Below, piece after piece: positions 1 through 9,846 of a stretch of 64,000 nt of DNA. A program made the translations under genes and the position numbers. This DNA is from Candidatus Poribacteria bacterium. GTDB taxonomy: Bacteria > Poribacteria > WGA-4E > PCPOR2b. How positions within the stretch are numbered: the first letter of the stretch is position 1; each line of letters begins with the position of its first letter. The notes under the pieces are model-generated. The model did not search any database and was not told the origin of the DNA. It worked only from the letters and a program-made list of their open reading frames with translations. The stretch is taken from NCBI GenBank assembly GCA_965116925.1, contig OZ220744.1:2880001-2944000 (forward strand), given 5' to 3'.

Positions 1-393
1 ATGGTGAAAATGCTCCATCGCAAAACGATTCAGGTCTTGCAGCTCCAGACGTTTTTGGCTAATTTGGCGTGCTCTGCCATCTTGGGCGGGGAGTGGAATA
101 CCGGCGCGCTCTGACAACCATTCCATCGCTTCCATAAAAGACTTGCCATCATATTTTCTGAGGAAGCTAATGACATTGCCACCGGCATTACACCCAAAAC
201 AGTAAAACGCCTGCTTTTCGGGGGAGACGTTAAAGGAGGGAGTTTTTTCGTCGTGGAAGGGACAAAGCCCTTTATAGGCTTTGCCAACAGGCTTCAACAG
301 AACTCCACACTCCGATATCACTTCGACAATATCGTTCTGTGTGCAAATATTATCAAGTATCTCGCGTGGAATGTAGTTAGAAGCTTGTCTCAT
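1..393 (-). CDS. dnaG: DNA primase, N-terminal part (runs off the window start)
   Basis: Own translation from ATG at 393: MRQASNYIPREILDNICTQNDIVEVISECGVLLKPVGKAYKGLCPFHDEKTPSFNVSPEKQAFYCFGCNAGGNVISF, the CHC2 zinc-binding domain of DnaG; absent from the ORF track. Confidence 0.95.
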   Translation of the reverse strand, partial: MRQASNYIPREILDNICTQNDIVEVISECGVLLKPVGKAYKGLCPFHDEKTPSFNVSPEKQAFYCFGCNAGGNVISFLRKYDGKSFMEAMEWLSERAGIPLPAQDGRARQISQKRLELQDLNRFAMEHFHH

Positions 394-469
394 CACAACT
401 CACCTTCGTCTGATACAGGTTTAGGCTTGCTGTTTCCATACCGAAATATTAGTCCAAACCTCTTCTTCA

Positions 470-2920
470 CTATTCCTTCAATGTGACAATCGTTGCACCT
501 GCGCCACCTTCATTGAGTGCTGCCAATTGAAAATCATCCACCTGCGCGTGGTCTTCCAAAAGGTCGTGAATTGCAGTCCGCAACGCGCCAGTACCTTTGC
601 CATGAATGATTCGCACTTTCGGTAATCCCGCAAGAAACGCATCATCTATATATTTATCAGTTTCCGCCCAAGCCTCGTGGACCCTTTTTCCTTGCAGGTT
701 CAACTCCGTTTTAACGTTTCCTGTTTTGCTATACTGAACATTCAAAATTGAGGTTGAAAGCTCACGCTTATTGTCTGCTGGATGTACAGGTTCAATTTCT
801 CCGTATGACACGCGCATCTGCATGTTACCAACCTTGACGAGCAAAGGCGTTTTTCCATTTGAAACCGAGAGGACTTCCCCAAACTGGTTCAGGCTTTTCA
901 CACGGACTTTATCGCCGACTCGCACGCCAATTGCATCGGGGGGCGGTTTTGCTGCCTGTTTTTGCTGTTGGCGTCTCTCATTCAGTTTCTGCTGCGCCCC
1001 TTCAATACGAGTAAAAGCGGTACTGACACTATCTTTTGAGGCATTTTCTCGCCGCACTTCTGCTATTGTCTGTTCAACAAGTTTACGAGCCTCTTTGAGG
1101 ATTGTAGCAGCTTCCTGCTCCGCTTGATAGCGAAAGTCTTTCCGTTCCGCCTCAATCTGGTTGACTAGCCCTTTGTACTTTCTAGCCTCGGTATCCGCCA
1201 CTCGGAGTTTGTCCTGCATCATCTCACGTTCAACGTCAAGCTCGTTTTGGGCTGCCTGCATACTGACGATGAGATCTTCCACGGCAACGGTCTGGCTGCC
1301 TGTATACGCCTTAGCGGCATCCGTAATTGCATCAGGCATACCTAACCTTTGTGCGATTTTGAAGGCGTTACTGCTCCCGGGCACACCGATCTGAAGACGA
1401 TAGGTAGGTTGCAGCGTCTGCCAATCAAATTCCATTGAGGCATTCTCCATGTCTTCCTGTGCATGTGCATATGCCTTCAGTGCACCGTAGTGGGTTGTCG
1501 CAACAGTGCGAACCTTACGCGCCGCCAACCAGTCCAAGATTGACATACCGAGTGCTGCCCCCTCCGTCGGGTCTGTGCCCGCCCCAATTTCATCCAACAG
1601 CACCAGTGAATTTTCATCCGCTTCTTTCAAGATGGAGATAATCTTAGTGATATGAGACGAAAAAGTGCTGAGATTCTGCTCGATGCTCTGTTCGTCACCG
1701 ATGTCGGCGAACATTTGGCTGAAGACCCCAACCTCACTCCCCAGCTTTGCAGGGATGTGTAACCCAGACTGTGCCATGAGTGTGAGTAAACCAACCGTTT
1801 TGAGCACAACAGTTTTCCCGCCTGTATTCGGTCCGGTGATAACCATGGTGTGAAACGTGTCGCCTAGTGTTGCATCAGTAGGTACAATTCGCTCTGGCAG
1901 GTTCGGATCGCGTTCCTCTGCCTTCAATTTTGCACTGTCTCGAAGATTCATTTCAAGGAGCGGATGTCTCGCTTCTATCAACTTGATCGTACCCCGTATG
2001 TTAAGCACCGGTTCGACCCCGTTGAGCTCTATGCTTAATCGTGCTTTTGCTCCTAGAAAGTCCAGTCCCCCCAAGATGTCCAAGGCAAGCTCCAACGATG
2101 CTAGAACCTCACGAACCAAGTCGCTGAGTTCGAGCAGAATACGTCGTATCTCTTGCCGTTCCTCATCTGCTAGTTGATGCAGCGCGTTGTTGAGATCCAC
2201 AACACCAAACGGCTCAATGAACGCAGTCGCTCCGCTCGAAGATTGCCCTTGAACAACGCCGGGAAAATTGTGCTTTGAATCTTGTTTGATGGGAATGACA
2301 TAGCGATCGTTGCGGGAGGTGATAACATGCTCTTGGATAGACCGCTGATGATGGGGAGATTGGAGGATACCCTCTAACCTCGATTGAATGTTTGTTCGTG
2401 TGTGCGCCAACTTCCGGCGAATGGATCGGAGCGTCGGGCTAGCGTGATCAAGGACATCACCATCAGGACTGAGACATCTGTCAATAGATTGGGTGAGTTC
2501 GGGGAAGGTCGGAAGATTACTAACGATCGAAGAGAGCTTTGGGAAATCCTTCGGATTTCGACTTTTTACGGCTCGCTGGACATTTCGGGCGGCTGCTGCC
2601 ACACGAGCGACACCAAGCAACTCGTCCACTTCCAGAATCGCACCGGGCTTGGACGCTTTATGGAGGGTCGGGGAAATATCCTTCAAACCTTGCAGCGGGA
2701 AACCGTTGGAGGTCTGGTAGAAGGCTTTCGCTTCGCTGCACAACCGCTGTTGATAACGAACCGTATCAAGCTGCTGGAAGGGTTTCAGCTTTGCTGCCCG
2801 TGATGCCCCCAGTTGGGAGTGTGCATGCCGCTTAAGGGATGCCTTCAGCTTATCATATTCTAAGACTTTTTCAGTGTGAGGTGATAGCATCAGATTGACC
2901 TCATTCGCTGAATTGACCAA
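470..2920 (-). CDS. mutS2: Endonuclease MutS2
   Basis: Walker A ITGPNTGGKT, DIGDEQSIEQNLSTFSSH, DEIGAGTDP, C-terminal Smr domain (IIHGKGTGALR); start may be ATG 2890. Confidence 0.95.
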   Translation of the reverse strand: MVNSANEVNLMLSPHTEKVLEYDKLKASLKRHAHSQLGASRAAKLKPFQQLDTVRYQQRLCSEAKAFYQTSNGFPLQGLKDISPTLHKASKPGAILEVDELLGVARVAAAARNVQRAVKSRNPKDFPKLSSIVSNLPTFPELTQSIDRCLSPDGDVLDHASPTLRSIRRKLAHTRTNIQSRLEGILQSPHHQRSIQEHVITSRNDRYVIPIKQDSKHNFPGVVQGQSSSGATAFIEPFGVVDLNNALHQLADEERQEIRRILLELSDLVREVLASLELALDILGGLDFLGAKARLSIELNGVEPVLNIRGTIKLIEARHPLLEMNLRDSAKLKAEERDPNLPERIVPTDATLGDTFHTMVITGPNTGGKTVVLKTVGLLTLMAQSGLHIPAKLGSEVGVFSQMFADIGDEQSIEQNLSTFSSHITKIISILKEADENSLVLLDEIGAGTDPTEGAALGMSILDWLAARKVRTVATTHYGALKAYAHAQEDMENASMEFDWQTLQPTYRLQIGVPGSSNAFKIAQRLGMPDAITDAAKAYTGSQTVAVEDLIVSMQAAQNELDVEREMMQDKLRVADTEARKYKGLVNQIEAERKDFRYQAEQEAATILKEARKLVEQTIAEVRRENASKDSVSTAFTRIEGAQQKLNERRQQQKQAAKPPPDAIGVRVGDKVRVKSLNQFGEVLSVSNGKTPLLVKVGNMQMRVSYGEIEPVHPADNKRELSTSILNVQYSKTGNVKTELNLQGKRVHEAWAETDKYIDDAFLAGLPKVRIIHGKGTGALRTAIHDLLEDHAQVDDFQLAALNEGGAGATIVTLKE

Positions 2921-2965
2921 GTTTCCACACGATGGGCAAATCAGCCTGCCCTAACAACTTCACTT

Positions 2966-4081
2966 TCACTGCTGCACACGTTGAAGTTTATCACGACGGA
3001 AAAGTGCTTTTTCATAGAGCGAACGGTGTGGCGCAAATCCAAAGACCTTTTCATAGAAACTACGCCCACCGAGACCGACCGCTTGCACATAGTATTCCAA
3101 AGGATCCCGCCCTGCCGACTCAGCGCGCCGAGCATCACGCAGGTTGATCAGAAAGTCGTTTGCGGTTTTTTCAAAGCGATTGATAGCTTTGCGATGTTCG
3201 TCGGTGAGTCCACCATGAATATCTTTACCAACTTTGTAGTCATGAATCGCTTTGGCATAAGCAGCGAAGGCTTCGTGATAGTTGCCTTCGCTTTCCAATT
3301 CTTCAGCAGCTGCTACGTCTGGAGGCTGCGGCAAGCTCGCAATCAGTGTTTTCGCCCCGGGAATTAAGTCACGGCTTTTTTGCTGAATCGCTTTTTCCAG
3401 ATTAACCTTAAAGAGATCTATAATATCTTTATAAATTGCGAGTGCATTATCAAAATCACCGAGTTTTTCATAGCAACGCGCTTGGCTCAACCGAAAATCC
3501 GAAAATGCGTAATCACGCATGGCAATCTGAGGCAGTTTATCCGCTGCGGGGGTATATGCCTCAAGTGCTTTTTGGTATTCACCTTTCTGCTCATAGCAGT
3601 TGCCAATCGCTTTTTGAGCGTATAAAGCGAGAATCTGGTTCTCCGGTTGGTGCTCGTTCACAACCATTTGAAAGTAGGAGATTGCACCGTCATAGTCACC
3701 TTCATAATAACGCGCTTTTGCATAACTGTATCGTGCTTTATCCGCAACAGAAGTCTCAGGATATTTTTGGAAGATGGCTTGAAGCTGCGTCGTAGCAGTT
3801 TCAAACGGCTTTTCCGTTCCGTCCCCGTCCGCATCAAACCAATCACTCTCGGCTTCCTGATATTTCTCAATCGCTTCAGTATATTTCAAAAAGGCTTCTG
3901 CGCGGGCAGTCTGTTGCTGATGCTGATAAAAAGCAAAACCACCGACCACCAAGATAACTATTGTTGCACCAATAATAATTGATTTTAGGTTCGCCTTGAG
4001 GAACTCATAGACCTGCAGCGTCCTATCAACAAACTGATCGCTTTTTATATCTTCTTTTGTTAAACGTCTACCTTGATCCAT
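2966..4081 (-). CDS. Membrane-anchored tetratricopeptide-repeat protein (YfgM/TPR_21-like N-terminus)
   Basis: N-terminal TM helix (IIIGATIVILVVGGFAFY) followed by TPR motifs (AIGNCYEQKGEYQKALEAY, ARCYEKLGDFDNALAIY). Confidence 0.8.
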   Translation of the reverse strand: MDQGRRLTKEDIKSDQFVDRTLQVYEFLKANLKSIIIGATIVILVVGGFAFYQHQQQTARAEAFLKYTEAIEKYQEAESDWFDADGDGTEKPFETATTQLQAIFQKYPETSVADKARYSYAKARYYEGDYDGAISYFQMVVNEHQPENQILALYAQKAIGNCYEQKGEYQKALEAYTPAADKLPQIAMRDYAFSDFRLSQARCYEKLGDFDNALAIYKDIIDLFKVNLEKAIQQKSRDLIPGAKTLIASLPQPPDVAAAEELESEGNYHEAFAAYAKAIHDYKVGKDIHGGLTDEHRKAINRFEKTANDFLINLRDARRAESAGRDPLEYYVQAVGLGGRSFYEKVFGFAPHRSLYEKALFRRDKLQRVQQ

Positions 4082-4100
4082 CTACTTCCTCTCGAACCTC

Positions 4101-4328
4101 TCAGGCGCACGGTTTTGGCGTATGGTGTCCACAAGTCCCACACATTGGCATTTCAGTTGTTGGTGTACCTACAGTATCTAATGTCCCAACCCCAAAGACA
4201 GAAAACAGTTGTGTGGTGTCACTACCTTCACATTCAGGGCAGGAGGGGGATGATTTCTGTTGGCTCGAAGCGAAAAGTTTCTCAAACGTATTATCACACC
4301 GCTTGCAACGAAATTCGTAAATTGGCAT
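4101..4328 (-). CDS. FmdB-family zinc-ribbon protein
   Basis: MPIYEFRCKRC...CPEC pattern, plus C-terminal CGTC; GAAGGAAG-like SD before ATG 4328. Confidence 0.85.
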   Translation of the reverse strand: MPIYEFRCKRCDNTFEKLFASSQQKSSPSCPECEGSDTTQLFSVFGVGTLDTVGTPTTEMPMCGTCGHHTPKPCA

Positions 4329-4388
4329 TTCGCTTCCCTCATAAAAACAGTGCACCGATGTGCGTAGTTTAGGCGTCCAGGACAGATA

Positions 4389-4460
4389 AGCGGGTGACGG
4401 GACTTGAACCCGCGACCCTCAGCTTGGGAAGCTGATGCTCTACCACTGAGCTACACCCGC
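4389..4460 (-). tRNA. tRNA-Gly(CCC)
   Basis: Reverse complement GCGGGTGTAGCTCAGTGGTAGAGCATCAGCTTCCCAAGCTGAGGGTCGCGGGTTCAAGTCCCGTCACCCGCT folds as a cloverleaf with anticodon CCC; CCA not encoded. Confidence 0.97.
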
Positions 4461-4475
4461 CCAGAAAATCGCTAA

Positions 4476-4505
4476 ATTATACTTATTGACTTATCCCATT
4501 GTCAA
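4476..4505 (-). promoter_or_regulatory. sigma70-type promoter of tRNA-Gly
   Basis: TTGACA-N18-TATAAT on the minus strand, 15 nt upstream of the tRNA. Confidence 0.75.
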
Positions 4506-4590
4506 GGGATTTTAGCGCAGGGCGAGAGCAATCGTAGATAAATATTGTATCAGACGGACGCGCCGTTGAAGCCGGTGATTAACATTGTGC

Positions 4591-5610
4591 TCACTTCTTC
4601 ACTGAAGAAAGCTCTTCTTTCAACAACAAGAGTTGTGCTTCTGGCAGGTTTGTGATTTCAGAAATGAGCGTCATCTCCATTCCCTTGGCAAGCATTGCCT
4701 TTGCAGTTTCAACCTTCTCTTCAATTCGTCCTTTCTGCTCACCTTCAAGCAGACCTTCTTGCTTGCCCTCAAGCAGACCTTCTTGCTTGCCCTCAAGCAG
4801 ACCTTCTTGCTTACCTTCACGCAGACCGTTTTGAAAAAACCGCTCCCTTTCTCTTTCTAACGCTGTAACTAACATCGTCTTCACCTCCTCTTCAGTCCGA
4901 TAAATGGACTCCAATGACTCATAATCTTCAGGTTCAATCCGTCCGTGGAAAGCCAACTGCCTAAACCAGTTTAAGAACAAACTGACTGCCTCTTTATCCA
5001 CCTCCGACGAAAACACATTCAGCAGCTCTACTTCCAACAAATCTAAATCATAATGCGATTCTGCTAAGAACAACGTCGATACGATGTTCCGGATCTTCAA
5101 TAACGCTTCCTGGCTGTATCGGTTCTCAGCAATCAGGAAATACTGAAAATCTAACCCAAATGCACCGAGGGGTGGGGTCTGCTCAATTAACTCAGAAAGA
5201 TTCACCGGTGCCGTCCACGGCGCGGCTCCATTGTACAACACGATTGGAAAGACTGCCGGCAGTTTTTTGACGCTTCTGTTATTGACGAGAAAATCCATGT
5301 AAAAGTTGGTGATATAGTTCAGCACCCGCAACGCCATGAACGGATCTACAGTGGATTGAAACTCAATAAGAATGTAAATATAGACTTCGCGGTCGTGAAA
5401 TTGGACTTTGTAGATTAAGTCACTCTCGGTCTCTTTGTAGTGTTCGGAGATAAAGGATTTATCGAGGGGTTCACACTTGTCGAAATCGAGCGAATGGACC
5501 CACTCTTGGTTGACGAAGGTCTCAAGGAGCTGTCGAAAGATGGTACGATTTGAGAATAGTTTCTTATAGCCGCTGTCGTGAATGTTCATCCCTAACACCT
5601 GTTGAGCCAA
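4591..5610 (-). CDS. Rpn family recombination-promoting nuclease / PD-(D/E)XK putative transposase, copy 1
   Basis: HDSGYKKLF, ESDLIYKV, ILIEFQS, FPIVLYNG motifs; C-terminal GKQEGLLE repeats and AKAMLAKGM helix-turn-helix-like tail; start may be the MNIHD Met. Confidence 0.9.
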   Translation of the reverse strand: MAQQVLGMNIHDSGYKKLFSNRTIFRQLLETFVNQEWVHSLDFDKCEPLDKSFISEHYKETESDLIYKVQFHDREVYIYILIEFQSTVDPFMALRVLNYITNFYMDFLVNNRSVKKLPAVFPIVLYNGAAPWTAPVNLSELIEQTPPLGAFGLDFQYFLIAENRYSQEALLKIRNIVSTLFLAESHYDLDLLEVELLNVFSSEVDKEAVSLFLNWFRQLAFHGRIEPEDYESLESIYRTEEEVKTMLVTALERERERFFQNGLREGKQEGLLEGKQEGLLEGKQEGLLEGEQKGRIEEKVETAKAMLAKGMEMTLISEITNLPEAQLLLLKEELSSVKK

Positions 5611-5701
5611 GAGGATATACGGATGCCTTCCGGTGTAAAAGAAAGTTCGTCAAGTCCATCTATAACGCAAAGGTTCATGTTAATAATTCGTGCAATAGAA
5701 A

Positions 5702-5749
5702 CCGTAGGGAACACCGCTCTGCGTTCCCTACGGAAATGCGTAAGTCCTA
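5702..5749. repeat. GTAG-type REP hairpin plus MITE-like end TGCGTAAGTCCTA
   Basis: CCGTAGGGAAC...GTTCCCTACGG inverted repeat at 5702-5733; 5737-5749 equals the right end of the element at 8305-8415. Confidence 0.65.
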
Positions 5750-5751
5750 CA

Positions 5752-6822
5752 CTAAGAAATCTGCACCTTCTCCCCGGTCTCCGCGCTCAAATAGATCGCG
5801 TCCAACAATTTCATAAACGTCAGCGCATCGGTGGGGGAAACATCGGGCGGGTTTGTCCCACGAATCGCGCCAGCGAAATCGTGGATCTCCCCGTTGAAAT
5901 CGCCGTCACTGTGCGCCACATATTCGTCGATGAAATCGTCACCTTCGGTGTAGATCGCGCCAAGTAGCCGGCGTGTTCCCGAACGCTTCACACCCGAAGG
6001 TTGGGATGTAGATTCCTGCTCGATTGTACCAGCCGTACCTAAAATTCGTATACGGAGATCCCATGCACGGTCTGTCCATGTCGGAATGACGGAGGAGGTA
6101 TCCATCTGGATCGTGATACCGTTGGCACACCCGACCAGAAAACTGAGGTAATCCTCAGAATGATGGTCTACCTCTAGTGTCGTTGGAAATGCACTATGAC
6201 TGGCAGCAAACGCCCATTCGGGTTGTGGACACCCCATCAGAAACCACGCCTGATCGAGATAGTGTGAGCCATGTTGACCCAACGCACCGCCCTTTAACCC
6301 CCACCGATACAGCCAATCTCTGCCCGGGCCCGGTTCATAGTTGACCCCGCGTTCCCGGTAATGATAGTGCACCCGTGCATGGTAGACCTGTCCAATTTCA
6401 CCCGATGCGATGATTTGACGGGTCTTTTTATTTTCTGCTTCGTGCCGCATGAAGTAGGAATATACAAGGGTTTTCCCGGTGGATGCCGCCACGGCGTTGA
6501 TCTCTTCCACATCGGCAGCGTTGCGACCGTGCGGTTTCTGCACCAGCACATGCTTGCCCGCATTCAACGCATCAATTACCATCGGTTTCCGCACATCAGG
6601 GGCTGTGGCAACCCCAACCGCTTCCACTTCGTCGTCCGCAAGCAATTCCCGATAATCACCATACACTCTGGAAACATCGTTTTCAGCAGCGACCTGTTGA
6701 GCAAGCTCCTGATTCAGATCTGCCACCGCCCAAGCGGTAGTATCTTCGCCTGCTTTCGCACCCGCTACCCACGCCCGACCAACTCTGCACCCAATTACCC
6801 CAATCTTAATTTTGTCCCCCAT
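5752..6822 (-). CDS. Gfo/Idh/MocA family oxidoreductase
   Basis: KIKIGVIGC Rossmann start, AGKHVLVQKP motif, GGALGQHGSHYLD. Confidence 0.9.
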   Translation of the reverse strand: MGDKIKIGVIGCRVGRAWVAGAKAGEDTTAWAVADLNQELAQQVAAENDVSRVYGDYRELLADDEVEAVGVATAPDVRKPMVIDALNAGKHVLVQKPHGRNAADVEEINAVAASTGKTLVYSYFMRHEAENKKTRQIIASGEIGQVYHARVHYHYRERGVNYEPGPGRDWLYRWGLKGGALGQHGSHYLDQAWFLMGCPQPEWAFAASHSAFPTTLEVDHHSEDYLSFLVGCANGITIQMDTSSVIPTWTDRAWDLRIRILGTAGTIEQESTSQPSGVKRSGTRRLLGAIYTEGDDFIDEYVAHSDGDFNGEIHDFAGAIRGTNPPDVSPTDALTFMKLLDAIYLSAETGEKVQIS

Positions 6823-6844
6823 AATAATATGCTCCTTTCACGCT

Positions 6845-7612
6845 TCACGCATCGTTGGCTAGCAACTGAGGAAGATGCGTTTTCATCAGGTTATCTTGCG
6901 GTTGATAACCGAGAATCTCTACGGCACCACTGATATCCAGATAGCTCTGTTGGTAGGCGGTCGAATTGGCAGACCTGCCATACGTGATGAGAAATTTCAC
7001 AGGTCCCTCATAATCAACTGCACGTCCAAAAAGTTGGGCGCAGTCGCGCGGCGTCAGGAGCGTGCTACAGGTGCGTAAATGCTCCGCTTCATACCCTCCT
7101 GTGAATGTGCCAATCCGGATGCTGATAAAGCGCATATCGAACTCATTGACGAGGTAGCGTCCGGCAACCTCCGCCATCCCTTTCATCGCCCCGTACCAAC
7201 CATCGGGGTTGATCTGTTCCGCTGTGGAAAATCGTGGTGGTGAACTTATCTGTTCATTCCAACCGGTGACATGATTTGTAGACGCAAACACAATCTTCTG
7301 GACACCCTCTTCGCGGGCAGCCTCAAATAGCAGCATTGATGCCCCGATGTCAGTCACTTCGCCCGACACCTTGCCAAATTGGTTTGAAGATACAAGCGCG
7401 AGGTGCACAACGACATCTTGATCTTTGCAAAGTTCCCGCATTCGCTGATAGTCCCGAACATCTCCCAACTCAACGCGGGATTTCGTGCTATCAGCCTCCT
7501 TGATGTCTACCAATGTCAACGTGTATTTATCTTCTTTTTCCCACGCACCCCACAATGTACTGCCGACTTTACCTGCACCACCGGTAATGAGCACCCGTTT
7601 TTTTTCAACCAT
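6845..7612 (-). CDS. NAD-dependent epimerase/dehydratase (uronate dehydrogenase-like extended SDR)
   Basis: VLITGGAGKVG, FASTNHV, YGAMK (YxxxK), SIRIG; SD GAAAGGA before ATG 7612. Confidence 0.85.
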   Translation of the reverse strand: MVEKKRVLITGGAGKVGSTLWGAWEKEDKYTLTLVDIKEADSTKSRVELGDVRDYQRMRELCKDQDVVVHLALVSSNQFGKVSGEVTDIGASMLLFEAAREEGVQKIVFASTNHVTGWNEQISSPPRFSTAEQINPDGWYGAMKGMAEVAGRYLVNEFDMRFISIRIGTFTGGYEAEHLRTCSTLLTPRDCAQLFGRAVDYEGPVKFLITYGRSANSTAYQQSYLDISGAVEILGYQPQDNLMKTHLPQLLANDA

Positions 7613-7799
7613 ACTTATCTTGTTCCTTTCTGAGTATGAGATAACCGCGGTCATCCCCTATTAACATTGAAACCTAAGTTGCTAGTCATTAAAAGTCTAT
7701 TGCTTTTTGTCGGGGGTCTCCCCGACCATCTGATAGGTCCTTCGTCTTTCGCTCCAGATGAAGATTAATTTATTAATTGGGTAATTTCCGAGCGATGTC

Positions 7800-7828
7800 C
7801 GGTGCGGTTGCAAACCGCACCTACCGGG
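7800..7828. repeat. REP-like palindrome with an inverted copy at ~17429-17458
   Basis: CGGTGCGGTTGCAAACCGCACCTACCGGG versus CCCGGTAGGTGCGGTTTCCAACCGCACCGG. Confidence 0.7.
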
Positions 7829-8304
7829 TCTGGGGAAATATAGAATTACCCGTTTAATTTCTTAAAACCCATGAGGAGCGATATGTGTATAGCATATCGG
7901 CAAACCCATTCCCCAAGCCCGAACGGGGCGACATGTGTAAAAGTAGTAGGCATACTCCGTACGCCGTAACCAGCCGGTATCCTGTAGGTTACACAATACA
8001 TAAGCCAACAGTCCGTAGGTTGGGTTGAACGGCTAACCGTCAATCCTTATCAAGCCCAATAGAGGCTCCGTCCTCCAACAACACATGTTTATAGACAGAT
8101 ACAGTGAAACCCAACTCCGTTTGTCATTGGGGTGCTTCCTGTTCAAAAAACTGTTTCGTAAAAGTATTCTTTTGTACCACGATCTGTTAGATTGTGATCC
8201 CAGCCTGCAAACTAATTGTCGAGATATGAATCTCAACCTACGGGCTATCTACCGGTATTAGACTAGACGAGTCTGTCTAGGAAGCCAGACCTACGGGAAT
8301 TTGT

Positions 8305-8415
8305 TAGGAGTTACGCACCTCGGATTGTAGTTGCCCGATTTATCGGGCGTATTGTGGTTGCCGGCGATAAATCATCGAACTACAAGGCGTTGAACGTTCA
8401 ACTGCGTAAGTCCTA
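8305..8415. mobile_element. MITE-like element with TAGGA(C/G)TTACGCA terminal inverted repeats
   Basis: TAGGAGTTACGCA ... TGCGTAAGTCCTA ends; internal TTGTAGTT/AACTACAA inverted repeat and CCCGATTTATCGGG palindrome. Confidence 0.7.
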
Positions 8416-8579
8416 CTTTGTATCAAATAACCCCGTGAATTAAACGAAAGATTCATGTTAAAAGAAAATTGGCTTCCGTGTTTGGGTGCGGTAAAGACCA
8501 TTTTCTGATATGATGGGCAGGAAGCTGGGCACGGTCTCACGACCCAAAACAACGTTGAAAGTGGTGATTAACACTGCTT

Positions 8580-9614
8580 TCACTTTTTTATTGAGGAAAG
8601 TCCATCTCTCAACTCCAAAAGTTGCGCTTCTGACAGGTTTGTGATTTCAGAAATGAGTGTCATCTCCATTCCCTTAGCAAGCATTGCCTTTGCAGTTTCA
8701 ATCCTCCCTTTCTGCTCACCTTCAAGTAGCCCTTCCTGCTTGCCTTCCTGCTTGCCTTCAAGCAGCCCTTCCTGCTTGCCTTCAAGCAGCCCTTCCTGCT
8801 TGCCTTCAAGCAGCCCTTCCTGCTTGCCTTTCTGCTCACCCTCACGCAAACCGTTTTGAAAAATCTGCTGCCTTTCTCTCTCTAACGCTGTGACTAACAT
8901 CGTCTTCACCTCCTCTTCAGTCCGATAAATGGACTCCAATGACTCATAATCGTCAGATTCAAGCCGACCATGAAAAGCCAACTGCTTAAACCAGTTTAAG
9001 AACAGACTCACCGCCTGTCTGTCACGCTCCGATGAAAACAGATTCAGCAGTTCTACCTCTAGCACTTTTACATCATAATAGGATTCTGCCAAGAACAATG
9101 TCGATACGATGTTCCGGATCTTTAACAACGCCTCCTGACTGTATCGGTTCTCAGCAATCAGGAAATACTGGAAATCTAATGCAAATGCACCGAGGGGTGG
9201 GGTCTGCTCAATTAACGCCGAAAGGTTGACCGGTGCCGTCCAACGTGCCTCTCCATTGTAAAGCACGATTGGAAAGACCGCTGGTAATTTTTGAACACTC
9301 TTATTATTGACGAGAAAATCCATGTAAAAGTTGGTGATGTAGTTCAGCACCCGCAACGCCATGAACGGGTCAACGGTGGATTGAAACTCGATAAGAATAT
9401 AAATATAGACCTCGCGGTCCTGAGACTGGATTTTGTAGATTAAGTCGCTCTCGGTCTCTTTGTAGTGTTCGGAGATAAAGGATTTATCAAGGGGTTCGCA
9501 GGTGTCGAAATCAAGCGAATGGACCCACTCTTGGTTGACGAAGGTCTCAATCAGTTGTCGAAAGATGGTGCGATTTGAGAATAGTTTCTTATAGCCGCTG
9601 TCGTGAATGTTCAT
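8580..9614 (-). CDS. Rpn family recombination-promoting nuclease / PD-(D/E)XK putative transposase, copy 2
   Basis: Close paralogue of 4591-5610 with the same motifs and a longer GKQEGLLE repeat tract. Confidence 0.9.
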   Translation of the reverse strand: MNIHDSGYKKLFSNRTIFRQLIETFVNQEWVHSLDFDTCEPLDKSFISEHYKETESDLIYKIQSQDREVYIYILIEFQSTVDPFMALRVLNYITNFYMDFLVNNKSVQKLPAVFPIVLYNGEARWTAPVNLSALIEQTPPLGAFALDFQYFLIAENRYSQEALLKIRNIVSTLFLAESYYDVKVLEVELLNLFSSERDRQAVSLFLNWFKQLAFHGRLESDDYESLESIYRTEEEVKTMLVTALERERQQIFQNGLREGEQKGKQEGLLEGKQEGLLEGKQEGLLEGKQEGKQEGLLEGEQKGRIETAKAMLAKGMEMTLISEITNLSEAQLLELRDGLSSIKK

Positions 9615-9657
9615 CCCTAATACCTTATCAACTCATGTTCAGTTATGAACAACCGGT

Positions 9658-9776
9658 CTAGTACACTGTCAGGCAAATTATGATTGTCTATATGGATTGA
9701 GACTCATAATACTTCGTAGGGGTCGGGTCAACCGACCCCCTTGTTGATATGCAAAACTTATATGACTGAGTACTAG
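9658..9776. mobile_element. MITE-like element with CTAGTAC..GTCA terminal inverted repeats and an internal REP hairpin
   Basis: CTAGTACACTGTCA ... TGACTGAGTACTAG; internal GTAGGGGTCGGGTCAACCGACCCC hairpin. Confidence 0.6.
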
Positions 9777-9846
9777 GTGGCTGTGCCGATTGATGCCTGC
9801 AAGGCAATAAACATCACCATTCCAACCATCATCGGGACATTTGATA

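Noticed and set aside
4591..9614. Composite transposon bounded by Rpn 'transposases'
   Set aside because: No terminal inverted repeats or target duplication; Rpn proteins are not demonstrated transposases
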